From Octopus sinensis (lineage: Eukaryota), in assembly GCF_006345805.1 (NCBI RefSeq), contig NC_042998.1, positions 19,282,001 to 19,346,000 of the forward strand: a stretch of DNA of 64,000 nt. Direction: 5' to 3'. Below are positions 26,810-39,554 of the stretch, one piece after another. Below the pieces are notes generated by a model. That model searched no databases, was not told the DNA's origin, and saw nothing but the letters and a program-made list of their open reading frames with translations. Within the stretch, counting starts at the first letter, position 1. The number at the start of each line of letters is the position of its first letter. Position numbers and translations under genes: made by a program.

Positions 26810-27310
26810 TCACGAAGCCTCTTCTTTCTTCCTGCTATCATTTTCCAATTTAACTTCTTTCTCTTTTACATCAGCCTATCTTGTTTTATAACCTTTCTTT
26901 TTCTCTTTCCTGCTCTTTCCTTCACTCCTTCTTACCCTCCACCTTTTCTCTCCTCTCTCTCTCTCCCTAAATTTTTCATTATATTTCTCTTTTCCCTTCT
27001 TCCTTCGCACTCCCTCTTTCATCTGCACTTCCCCTCTCTATCTTTTATATCTTCCTATTTTCTGCCTTCTCTCCCCCACTCTGTCTCTCCCTCACTTTCA
27101 AATCTCCCTCCATTTCCCTCCCTCTCTCCTTCATATATCTCTCGTTTTCCCTCCTCTCACTTTCCCCCTCTCTCTGCTTCGCTCTATCTCCTTCTCTCCC
27201 ACCTCTCCCTTCATCTGGCTCCCTATCGCTCCGTACTCCACCTCGTTTCTTTTTCCTTTATGTCTTCCTGTCTACCTCCCTCTGTCTCTCTCACTTCCTC
27301 TCTAATCACC
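26810..27310. repeat. CT-rich low-complexity tract
   Basis: Seen directly; explains ORF 26807-27328. Confidence 0.9.
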
Positions 27311-27329
27311 CATTGTCTCTCGAGTTAGA

Positions 27330-28505
27330 AATCGAAGATGGCTTCACAGTTGGATAGCGAGGAACTGAAACTTCTGTTGCAAGAGAATAATTGCTTTCGG
27401 CGATCTTACAAACAACGTAATTATTATTGCACTTAAGAACAATCGTTTCTGTAGAACCACTGAGCAGATACAACGGAATGGAAATGAATTTATTCACTAC
27501 TATGCCCTTATAACACAAAACATTGACACTCTTGATGTCATCAAGGAAAATAACAGTGGCAAGGTTGATAGGGTCCGAGAAGATGAGGAGAGAACCAGAA
27601 GTCCTGCTGATCCAGTGTTCCCACAAAAGAATAGTTCCCCCATTCCTCTGAAAAAACCAGGCTGATAAGGATAGGGAAGCCGAAGAAGCAATAACCAGAA
27701 GTCCCTTTGTGTCAGTGGTCCTACAAAGGAATGGAGTCCTCAACCCTTTGGACAACCGGAGAAATACAAGTGCTACCAACAGTAAAGGAAGTAAAGGCCA
27801 CGAGCACAGATATAAAGACGGAAGGGGAGAGAGAGGAAAAGGAAGAGGAAACGATGAAACACCTAATGGTGAAACCCAAAACCACCAAACGAAAAACAGA
27901 AAACAACTCAAATATGGAAGTTTCAACGGAATCCGCAACTCTAGAGAAGCGAAAAAATTTGCAGCGAAGTCAAGGACATGCAAATTTTTCCAGGACGGCA
28001 AATTGCATGGAGAAGATTGTACAAACTACCGGTTTGTTCACCCGCGACCCCGCCAAATCTGCATGGGCCTTATGGAGAAATACGTCCGTGAGGAAAAGCA
28101 CCAGTCGTCTCCGAAGAGAAAGTATACAAATGCAGTGCGCTCTTGAAATGTTATGCGCAAGGCAGCAGCTGAGCAAGGGTCTTTTTCTGAGCATGGCGCA
28201 AAAGATTGTACTGCAGCTGACTTGGCAATATCAAGCGCAAACAGGGAACCTTGCCCGTCACTGCACAAGACGACCACAATCAACAGACTAAATATCGAGG
28301 CCTGCTACATCACAAGAACAATGGTAAAATCTTTTTCCTGGGAGACGGAACTGCATGCAGTCAAGATCTACGCATAGCACTCGTGAAAACTCATGTGAGC
28401 CGTGATACAGATGATGCAGAAGTACAGGTATTAAAAGATATCATACTGTGAACAGACAGAAGGGAAAGGAGACATGGTGGTGTTGTTACAGCAACTACAC
28501 CATGG
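27330..28505 (+). mobile_element. 5' part of an APE-type LINE (CR1/Jockey group): ORF1 with CCCH-like finger and start of ORF2 endonuclease
   Basis: TCKFFQDGKLHGEDCTNYRFVHP; frameshifted [35 protein letters not shown] resemble the APE N-terminus. Confidence 0.75.
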
Positions 28506-28507
28506 CG

Positions 28508-28538
<31 letters not shown>

Positions 28539-28583
28539 ATATGTATGTATGTATGTATTTATGTATGTATGTATGTATGTATG

Positions 28584-28637
<54 letters not shown>

Positions 28638-28817
28638 TATATATATATAATATATATATATATATACACAAAAAATAAGCAACAAGAATGAATCCGGTAA
28701 TTTAGTACAATTGTTTCATACTACAACATTTATTAAAAAGCTGTAAATATTACACCATATTTAAGATGGTGAGTAAATTGATTTGAAAACTTTTATATTA
28801 TTGGAAAACCTATATAT

Positions 28818-29048
28818 GTTTCTTTATTACCCCCAAGGGGCTAAACATAGAGGGGACAAACAAGGACAGACATAGGTATTAAGTCGATTACATCGACCCC
28901 AGTGCTTAACTGGTACTTAATTTATCGACTTCGAAAGGATGAAAGGCAAAGTCGACCTCGGCGGAATTTGAACTCAGAACGTAGCGGCAGACGAAATACG
29001 ACTACGCATTTCGCCCGGCGTGCTAACGGCTCTGCCAGCTCGACGCCT
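28818..29048 (-). mobile_element. SINE family 2, nested inside a ~30-bp inverted-repeat pair (28671-29117)
   Basis: Near full-length copy; flanking IR AAAAATAAGCAACAAGAATGAATC. Confidence 0.9.
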
Positions 29049-29229
29049 AATATATATGGAAACCCTATATAGATTAGCTGAAGATTACGCAGATTCATTC
29101 TTGTTGCTTATTTTTTTATTATAATCACCTCGCATATGTTTATGGGTAACACCATACAAAATTCTGGTACAACTAAATTAAGTATCATATTCATTTGAAT
29201 CTAAATTGTTACTGATCTATCTATATATT

Positions 29230-29282
<53 letters not shown>

Positions 29283-29296
29283 TACATATATACATA

Positions 29297-29332
<36 letters not shown>

Positions 29333-29394
29333 TATATATATATATATATATATAATATATATATACATATGTATAATATATATACATAGGTATA

Positions 29395-29425
<31 letters not shown>

Positions 29426-29682
29426 ATATGTGTGTGTATATATACATGCATATATAGGCACAGGACTATTATACTTCGTTTCTGGAGTGGGTTTGCAAGA
29501 TTTTTTATATGAGTTCGTGTTTTGAAGCATAATTTGTTGTTCTCGGGGAGAGTTCTAGAAAAATTTTAGGAAAAATAAATATACGAACGACTGGACACTT
29601 TAACGGTGAGTGTGTTAAATAAGGCGCTAAAAGAGAACGAATCTCACCAGACACAAAAATACACACACACACACATTTATAT

Positions 29683-29731
<49 letters not shown>

Positions 29732-29939
29732 GGGTAAATGCAGATGTTTAAACACACCTAAATATACTGATATTCATACCACCGAAAAATGTATGTAAAT
29801 ATATTTCCTTGAAAGTGTATATATTCACGTATGTTGTGATCGAACTTCATTCCTCAGAATGACATTAACTGCTTTGTTATATAGAACATTAATTGAAGAA
29901 TTTGGAAACGGAAAGAAATGATAGTTATATAAAACAAAA

Positions 29940-30200
29940 ACAAAAAATAAACATATGCCATCATTGTCTGTAAATTCAATTGTTCATTTTGTACGAATTG
30001 TGACTGACTGCTCATCATGCGTTTGGGAACTAGACTCGGATATCCGGTTTTTGTTGATTGTGAAAACTTTCAACACTCTCAATAAAGATGTAATTATTGA
30101 TTGTTGCATTGTTCAAATAAGAATGTCACAAAAGTTCTGCATGAAAATTTCATGTCTTCCTATTACAAATTTCTATAAGTAGAAATGTTTTGTGTCACTA
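29940..30200 (-). pseudogene. possible CTL-like/WSC-like module remnant L
   Basis: LFEQCNNQ*LHLY (compare DNIFEQC in module D) and VTIRTK*TIEFTDNDGIC. Confidence 0.25.
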
Positions 30201-30364
30201 AATTTTCCCTTAACTTCAAATTATATTTTACATCATGAAGCAGTTTGAGGCTATTTCACAGAGAACAAAATATATTGATTTTAGATATTGGCTCATGGCC
30301 AGCAAGTATTCGGAAGTGTTCAACTCGTACTTATTGTATCGATCCTGAAATATGGAAAAGCTGC

Positions 30365-30920
30365 GCAACCTGGTATTCATTGATGAAAAGAAATTTGATA
30401 TTGAGGAGCCAGTAAACCGAAAGAATGACCAACTTTGGAGTGCATCTGGTTCCGTCGAAGGCTGACTCGTATATAGACATCAAAATATTAATTTATTTAA
30501 TATAGTCAGTTATAGTTTGGGCAGCTGTGGCAGCGACTGAAAGGTCTCCCATCGTCTTTGTACCCTCGAGTATTAAGATTAACACCCAGCAATACTTTAG
30601 GTACATTCTGGAAGCTGAAATGCTTCTATGGGTGAATGAGCATTTTCAAGGCGCACCTTGGAAGCTCCAACAGGACTCAGCACCATTCCACACATCCAGT
30701 GGATTAGGAAATAGCACTGGATTCTACAAAACAATCCGTCGTTCATAGGCTAGAATGTATGGCCCTCAAGAAGCCCCGATCTCAAACCGCTGGAATTTTC
30801 TGTTTGGTCCATTTTAGAGACGAGCGTCTGGAACACTCCTCATACATAACTCGACTCTCAAGATAGCAAAACTGAGCCAGAAATATGTTCCGATTCCGCA
30901 AGAACAGCAACATACCGCGT
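30365..30920 (+). mobile_element. Tc1/mariner (maT/DD37D-like) transposase pseudogene
   Basis: LVFIDEKKF, VIVWAAV, KLQQDSAPFH, WPSRSPDLKPLEFSVW. Confidence 0.88.
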
Positions 30921-30972
30921 GATAGCATGCAATCATTTATCCTCTATCTATCTATCTATCTATCTATCTATC

Positions 30973-31030
<58 letters not shown>

Positions 31031-31828
31031 ATATCTATCTATCTATCTAGCTAGCTAGCTAGCTAGCTAGCTAGCTAGCTATCTACTTATATATCTGTTT
31101 ATCTATAGATCTATCTATCTATCGCTATGATTCTCATCAGCTGTCGATATATGCGTTCATATGGGTTGTACTCTCAAGATGATCACGTAGTATTCAGCAA
31201 TCTAACAATATAGCCAGTTTAAAATGGATATAAAGAGTGACATTATACGGCATTATACATACATCCATAACATGAGTGTGTGTTTGTGTGTGTGTGAATA
31301 TTTTAGAAACTGGTGAAAGTAACACAGTGAAAGAAGAGCTGAGCAATAATATCGGACGCACGATACATAGATACCATATATACCATGTTTAAGTTATTCA
31401 GTTCTTAACTTGCATAAGATATTATTGTAAGATAATAGTCATCAATCGGTTGTACTTCTTGAAAGGTCCGAAACCTCCAAGGAAAAAGAAAACTTCAAAT
31501 GGTGAGAAAATGACAAATATTATGTGTTGGATACTAGTATTTCGATAATTTTATTATTTGCCAACTAATAGTCTATCAATTACTTGTATATAAATTATTT
31601 ATATATTATCTTGAATCTATAAGTTTCGTTACTTTTGCTGTTTATATATGCTTACATTTACACTCACACACACACACACATACGCACACACACACGCAAA
31701 CACACACATACACACACACACACGCAAACACACACACACACACGCACACACACATATATATATGCAATGCATATATACGCCGGCACACACACTCATGCAT
31801 ATACAGACCGCACACGAAGAGATACTAC

Positions 31829-31869
<41 letters not shown>

Positions 31870-31942
31870 AAAATGTATATACATATGTATATATATTTAT
31901 ATATATATATATAGATATATATATATAATATATATATATATA

Positions 31943-31977
<35 letters not shown>

Positions 31978-32639
31978 TAATATGTATATATATGTAAGTA
32001 TATATGTATATATATATAATTATATATGCATATATGCAAGCATATGGTTATGAAAGTAAACAGATAGACATATAGCCGGATAGGTACATAAGTTATATGA
32101 ACAGACAAGCTCATATACACACACACATACACAAATGAGGACTGAAACACATGACCTCATATACACACACACACTTTACTTCACACATATGGAGACACAT
32201 ATCCACACATATAGAGATACACAACCATACATACAAACAGTACATAGTTGCAAGCATTCGATACACACACACTCTCCCTCTCTCACATACACACATCAAG
32301 GGAAAACGCGATAAATAGAAGCTCTGAGATGGTCATATTATCTAAGCATAGGAACATTCATGGAATTTGAATAAAAAAAAAATTTGAAAAAAACCAACAA
32401 AATAACAGAACAGTGAAGGAACTAAAACAATTAAACAAAAATATCAATTTTTAAGATGATACACGCTATAACAATAGAAATAGTGTATAAGTCATCATAC
32501 GAGGGGTAATATTAATAAATTCGGTCAACCAACCCAATCGTATAGCGGCTGACCACCTGTCGACTTCAGAATTTATTAAGGAGAATCACATATTGAATGC
32601 ATTAAACAAAGAAATGTACTCCGATCCTTAAATCTGCTA

Positions 32640-32855
32640 GCTAGTTAAGTTAAGTAAATTTGGCTCAAAAAGCAAAAAACAAGGCCATGTAGGGGGACAT
32701 GGAGTTATGTACAGGGAGGGTGTTCATGCAAAGAGTTCAGGCCATTTCTGGTGAAGAGAGACTTTGAACCGAGCGGTCGTCGGCATCTTCACTATCTCGT
32801 CCGGCAGCTTATTCCACGGATCCGCAACCCGGACGGAGAAAGCCCCTCTCCTACT
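32640..32855 (-). mobile_element. CR1/L2-like LINE 3' end
   Basis: FSVRVADPWNKLPDEIV..FKVSL..ELFA*, short UTR, (CTTAA)n tail. Confidence 0.8.
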
Positions 32856-33364
32856 GAATGAATGACCATCCTGAAAATCCACAGAATGAATTGCAAATAA
32901 GTCCAAAAGCTCCACACATACTCTTATTACTACCGTACCTTGCTCGACTCCCATGACCCCACCCGTACCAAGTACATACAGAATTATAGCTAGATTGGCT
33001 TTCATACTGGCAAGAAGGGATAAACATTCCTCTGCGATTCATCCAGTGATGCAGGATCACTGGATGAAATGAATCGATGATGATGATCAATCGGATCCCC
33101 ACGGTTAATACGAACTATACTGTACTAAGCAAAGGATACGGACTCTGACGTTAAAATCGTATTATTTGTGAAAATGCAAGTAGTCATCTATTAAATATTT
33201 ATAAACATGTCCTAGTATTATTGTTATTATTATATTTATCCTACATCATATCGGTATATCCTTAATGCAACCCGGATAAACTATCTAGTTAATATCATTA
33301 GAGTGCATCTGTCATAATGAAATAGGAGTTTTATTTTTTCATACTCACAAATTTACATTTAACT

Positions 33365-33392
<28 letters not shown>

Positions 33393-33395
<3 letters not shown>

Positions 33396-33493
33396 GAATG
33401 GTTGTATACTGTCAATTTAACGTGACAGTAGGGGATTACACTGCCTGTTTAGCCCTACTGTCACGTTAAATTGACAGTATACAACCATTCTAT
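33393..33493. repeat. perfect 41-bp inverted repeat with 19-bp spacer
   Basis: 33393-33433 is the exact reverse complement of 33453-33493. Confidence 0.97.
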
Positions 33494-33598
33494 CGCCCCA
33501 CCACCGTACATATCTCCATGAGATATTTAGAAATTTAATATTTCTGATATATATATATATATATATATTAATATATATATATATATAATATATATAAT

Positions 33599-33659
<61 letters not shown>

Positions 33660-33719
33660 TATATATATAATATATATATATATATCTATATATCTTTTTA
33701 TATATATATATATGAATAT

Positions 33720-34012
33720 GAGTAAAACGTCCCTCCCCGCGTCCAACGGGGGTGCTGAGTTGTCAGACATTTAAACCAATTTTCTCAAAATAACTTGTCC
33801 GAGCGTCCATAGCCTACCCATTGAGAAACACTGATTTAAATTAAATTTGAGACGCCAGCAAAAGAAGAATCGATTTTTGTAATTTTTTAAAGACTTATAC
33901 ACCGCCCTGATACTGTCGGTATTTACATATCAAATTTGAGCGCAAACGAATGGAGGATGCCCGAGATCCTAGAAGACACACACACGGAGACGGACAGAAC
34001 GTATTTATATTA
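33720..34012 (-). mobile_element. probable non-autonomous Helitron 5' part
   Basis: Minus strand starts TATATAATATAAATACG..CTGTCCGTCTCCGTGTGTG..CAAATTTG, the same layout as the Helitron at 56770; no 3' CTAG located. Confidence 0.4.
33777..33833. mobile_element. 57-bp hAT-type mini-MITE
   Basis: TIR CAATTTTCTCAA / TTGAGAAACACTG; 8-bp TSD ATTTAAAC / ATTTAAAT. Confidence 0.6.
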
Positions 34013-34146
34013 TATATATATATATTATATATATATATATATATATTCATTTATTCTTTTACTCTTTTACTTTTTTTTTCAATCATTTGACTGAGTGTAT
34101 AAAAAAATTATAGTTAGATCGTCAAACGTTAGAGTGCATCTTCCTT

Positions 34147-34184
<38 letters not shown>

Positions 34185-34215
34185 ATATATATTATATATA
34201 TATATATAATATATA

Positions 34216-34246
<31 letters not shown>

Positions 34247-34320
34247 CTGTCTATTTGTGTATCTATGTTTTATCTAATTACCGGTATATCTACACAAACA
34301 ACAACTCATATAGATATGTT

Positions 34321-34356
<36 letters not shown>

Positions 34357-35081
34357 ATATAGATATATACACATACATAATTACACATGTATATATATAT
34401 ATGTGTGTGTGTGTGAGTGTGTGTTTGTATGCGCGAGTGATTGTATGTGTGCGAGTTGTAGGTATGGAAAGTTAGGAGCACATCGAATGGTTTCAGTTTA
34501 AAAGGTTGGTTCCTGATTTACAAGTTTCATAATTTATGGCAAGATTACTGACATTACAGCTGCTACGATTTATACGGCTTCTTGTATATATTTAAGGGTC
34601 GAAATCCATTAGAGTAGCTCTTGGGAATGGTAAGTAGATGAAAGCTGAAATCAGCTGATGCAGATAGTAAGAGTTATATACTATATTCCTTTAAGAAAAA
34701 TTATTTCTTTCTAAGAAATGATGTCAGAAATAAAAATTTATATGTGGTATATTGGCGGTAGCGTTTAGAGTTGTATTTATACAATGCTTGTAGCTCTTTG
34801 AAGATAGATGGATATTATGAAATTAAGTGTGTTTGATTTAGGTATACGTTGACGGAAATGTTTGTTTCAAATATGGAGATTCACCCACGGTCAACTTAAG
34901 GTGGGTGCGGCTACGTGAGAATGCACCTTCGTGTGTAAGTGCGTATTTGTGTGTATAAGTGCGTGTGTCTGTCTGTGTGTGTGAGTGTGTGTGTCTGTGA
35001 TGAAAAGGACAATATTTGCGGTGTTAGGTATGGGCGAAGTACATATGTACGTATGCATTTGTATATATGCATATATATATA

Positions 35082-35131
<50 letters not shown>

Positions 35132-35205
35132 CTGCGTGTGTGTGTGTGTGTGGTGTGTGTGTGTGTGCGTGGGTGTTGTAAATAGATAGACAGATAGATA
35201 GATAA

Positions 35206-35278
<73 letters not shown>

Positions 35279-35311
35279 AAGACAGACAGACAAACAGACA
35301 GCCAGATAGAT

Positions 35312-36494
35312 AAGTTTCTTTATTGGCCACACAGGGCTGCACACAGATGGGACAAGTTACAAGGTAGAGCTTTTCTTTTGGGGGATGAAGAGAACAAAAA
35401 ACAAAAGAAAAAAAAGGGGTGGCGTAGGTTTTCGATCAAGAGGGATCGTAAAAGGGAAGAAAAGAACAAAAACAAAAAAAATTGAATAAAATAAAAAGAA
35501 TAAAAAGAGAAAAAAAAGAAAAGGAAAAGGAACAAAAGGAAAGAGAAATGAAAAAAGAAGAAAAAGGGGGAAAAATGGGGAAGAGGAAAACAAGAACGAT
35601 CAATAGGGATCGTGTATCACAGTGTTATGATATATTGTGTAAAGGGGAAAGCAAGTAAGGTTTATCCGTGGGAAGAAAAGCCTACGAAAAAGACCACGGT
35701 AACCTTGGTCAATATTGTTATATGTTACCACATTTGTTTGCAAGTGGGTAACCCTCTGTTTTCAATTTCTGGGTTCATAGGATTATGCTCAAGGTGGCTT
35801 CGTCATTCATACGTGCCATCCTTGCTACATTCACCCATCTTTTTTTAAAACATTCGCTAGACAAAACTTGCCTCTCTACTCTCACTTTCCTTTTCAAGTG
35901 GTACTTGAAGAAGTTGATGAGAGATTGACCAGAGAGGAAAGTGTTTGTCTCCAATCCTTTCAGACGCGCCCACCAGATACATTCTTTCGCCATAGCCACA
36001 AGGATGATGAATAGCCCCTTCCTTCCCGTTTGAAGGAAGGAGGCGTGACAATATTGACGATAGACTCAGCTGATAAACCGACTCGTCCCATACGTGACAG
36101 CAGTTGTTCGACATAAGCCCACAGGTCGGAAATTGTTGGACACTGCACGAGCAGTTCTGCGCGTGCAGAACGGTTTCGTCGCTCTGACCGCATCTTGGGC
36201 AGGTCGGTCCCGTGTTTCTCGAGCCGTGTCTGTAGAGCTTATCCCGAACGGGTAGCGCTTCTCGGTAGCACTGCCAGGCCAGGGATCTCTGGAAGTTGTC
36301 CATGGGCCCTGGCTCGAAAGTTGTCCTGAACAGGCGGGTCAGGTACTCCTCGTCGACGTCCAGGTTCGCCCCGAGCTCGTCGTCGTACCTCCCCTCCACT
36401 AATCCCCTATAGAATGCTTTGGTTGTGTTGAAGTCACTCAAGGTCGACCCGGGACGGCAGAGTTGCTTGAGAGCAACGCGACACTCGCGGTGCC
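35312..36494 (-). mobile_element. 5'-truncated Tx1/L1-clade LINE inserted in (GATA)n
   Basis: zf-RVT-type AWQCYREALPVRDKL..CPRCGQSDETVLH..QC..LW; 3' UTR ends AATAAAGAAACTT then (ATCT)n; GATA arrays on both sides. Confidence 0.88.
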
Positions 36495-36558
<64 letters not shown>

Positions 36559-36580
36559 GGATAGATGGATAGATAGATAA

Positions 36581-36630
<50 letters not shown>

Positions 36631-36634
36631 GGAA

Positions 36635-36709
<75 letters not shown>

Positions 36710-36710
36710 C

Positions 36711-36769
<59 letters not shown>

Positions 36770-37499
36770 AAGATAGATGCATGTAAGTGGACACACGAAA
36801 GAGGCACAAAACACATTTAGTACAAGATAAACAGGTTGATAACAGCTACGGGACAAAGTTTTTTCTCATATACGAGGTTAAAAAGCATATGATGCTTTGC
36901 AGTATGAAAAAACCTCGTGATAATAATTTTCGTGATTCCAAATTATGGCCAGGTAATATGACCTTTACTTTCTGAGACGCAACTCAATTTTCTAACAGTT
37001 CATTTATTACACATCTCCCATGTTTGTCTCTGAGTAATTATAGCACACAACAGAACATCAGAACGACTGATAGTGGATATCAATATTAACTATAGAAATT
37101 CAGACGGGGGAATGATGCACATTTCTGTCCATATTAGGCAGTTGGTTATAGAACCGTCTTCCTTTACAACTGGTTCTTATTTCCTGCGCAATGTATTTAC
37201 ACGGAGGTCATCAAAATATCCTCGCAACTACAGTAGATTCATTTTATGAATCACTATTAGTTGTAATCGTTCATGACACAGCCTTAGGACAGACCTCATA
37301 TCTGCTGAGTTAGCGTTTATCAGATTATATATTTGCGACAGAGGCATTATTAATACCAAGAGATGGTATTTAGCCCCACTTAAACGTGGATGTTCTGTCA
37401 GAGTATCGATGTTTAAGTGGAGATGAATATTATGCAGATTGTTCTGGTTAGCAGGTAAAATTTCTTGAATTGGGGATGATTACATTAACAGTGCAGAAA

Positions 37500-38930
37500 C
37501 TTCACTTCCTACCGTGGACAAACTATTGCAAAAACGTGTTGTTGAAATGTGCACTTCGTGCCAAGTGTCGTACGGCCAAATACTTATTCGTCTAATATGA
37601 TAGAGACAAATAAACTCATGTCACATCATCAAGAAACTTAGGGAACTCAGGTTGTGTTGACAAATATAAGTCATAAATTTCAATCGCTTACTTACAGAAT
37701 GATACGACTTGAATTTTCTTTGATTTCAAAATCCTAGTACCGCTCTACCTTCTTTCTTCGCATACTTTCATACAAACTCCAATATAGAATCCTATTAAGA
37801 AATCGAGTCTATCAGATATGTCTCTGATGACATCAACCAAAATATGTCATTATATAAGTTTTAATGATGTTGTAAGAATTAATCTGAGTTCGATTCATCT
37901 GATCCATCATTGTTCTGAAGGCTTCAAAGGAGGAATGGAGAAAAGTTTACTCAATAAAAAAAAATTATACAATGTATATAGCATAGAGCTAGAATTGAAT
38001 GATCTACTTTCTTTGAATTGTGCAAACATGATGGCTTTACCAGAAATGGTCATTGCGATAACGTACAGAACTTTACTGTTACAGGAATGGAGAAAACCCT
38101 TTCATCCAAACAGAAACGCACATCAAATCATAGCATCTTTTACATCAAAAGAGGCTGACACTCGCATTCTCTAAGTAAATGGTAAATGGTAAAGTCAGTT
38201 TTTCTATTACTATTCTTAATCTTTAGAGGATGTTTCACAATTATCTGATTCGTAATAATCTTCATACATGAAGCATTTATGCCGTATTTGATTTGGTTTT
38301 TCTATGTTCAAATACCTGCTACTGATCACAGTAAGTTATTTCTCTTCGCTTATTTATCTTAAAGTTATGCTAATTACTCTGGCCATAAATGCAATCTGCT
38401 TTTTGCATATCTAAGACTGCTGGAAAAGACAAATGTTGTCATGTATACGTTTAATCTAACAGAAATACACCGTTACAAATATCCTTTCATCGTTAGACAA
38501 AAATCTTGTCATTATTAGTGAAACTGAAACTGTTCAGGCAATTTAAAGCTTAAGAAGATTTTAAAATGCACCTAATCGTACAAATCCAAACAGAGTGAGC
38601 AACAGAAATCCCTGACAATTCCTTCATAACAATGTAGTCCCACTTCAATACGATAACCTTCATCATTTCCTGCAATCAAATTCTGGCTGGAATAGAGGTA
38701 AATTACAGAGATAAATGTGCAGGAAAGGCGATTGGATACACCATTCATAAAAGCCATTGATATAGAAAATCTTAAATGTTACTGAGTGATACTGCAGCAT
38801 CTGCCGCTGAGGCATTACATCAAGTTTAATTTGTGAGTATGAGGTTAGGGAACACTTCTGGGAACGTTTGACTGTGCATTTCAATCCATGAAAATCAATG
38901 TAGAGAAAATGACACAGCATATTTGTGGCT
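37500..38930 (+). mobile_element. possible very degraded DNA transposon ORF (XPG-like EADT motif, Academ-like)
   Basis: KEADTRIL at the end of ORF 37818-38174; other motifs are only suggestive. Confidence 0.25.
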
Positions 38931-39554
38931 TCCTACATTTTCAATGTCACTAAAACACAAGATGGGGTTTCTGAAAAATAGCACATAGGCGGTACTACAC
39001 ATTAAGGGGAAATTAATATTTTCGGGTTAGATGTTTATTCATTAATCTCACAATATTCGGGAATTGCTTAATGCACCAAAATTGTGTGATAGAGATGGGC
39101 TTGTATTTCGATCACCTACAGGCCCCGTTCACGCTTCCACCAATACTTTATTTACTGGTCATCTTTCAGGTGAATCATGCAGGTCTACAGTCACATTCAA
39201 GATTTCGAGAAGGGAGGAAAATATAAGGTCGACATTTTTTATGGATTCGTGTTGTTATAGTTGCTAAAACGGTAGATGATTACACATTCATTTTGTTAGT
39301 AAAAGTTTTCAATTCTATACTCAGTGAAATAACATCAACGTTTTATGTTGAAAAATAGTATGGGGATTAAGGAACAATAACATACTAAAGTTAATTTTGA
39401 ATACTGCTGTATAAGTACACACAAACATACCTACGTAGATACATACCAACATACATATGCATGTGTATATATACATGTAAAATAAAAGAAATGAAATGCA
39501 CACAGTTTACATAGTGCTAACATAATTTTTTACATATTTTATAAGTGAAAGAGT

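Noticed and set aside
27306-28001. 231-aa minus-strand ORF as a membrane protein
   Set aside because: Antisense shadow of the purine-rich LINE ORF1.
33255-33290. Helitron 3' end (CCCGG...CTAGT)
   Set aside because: Hairpin incomplete and no 5' end identified.
35857-36816. 319-aa ORF as a host gene
   Set aside because: Fusion of (TATC)n translation with the Tx1-like LINE fragment.
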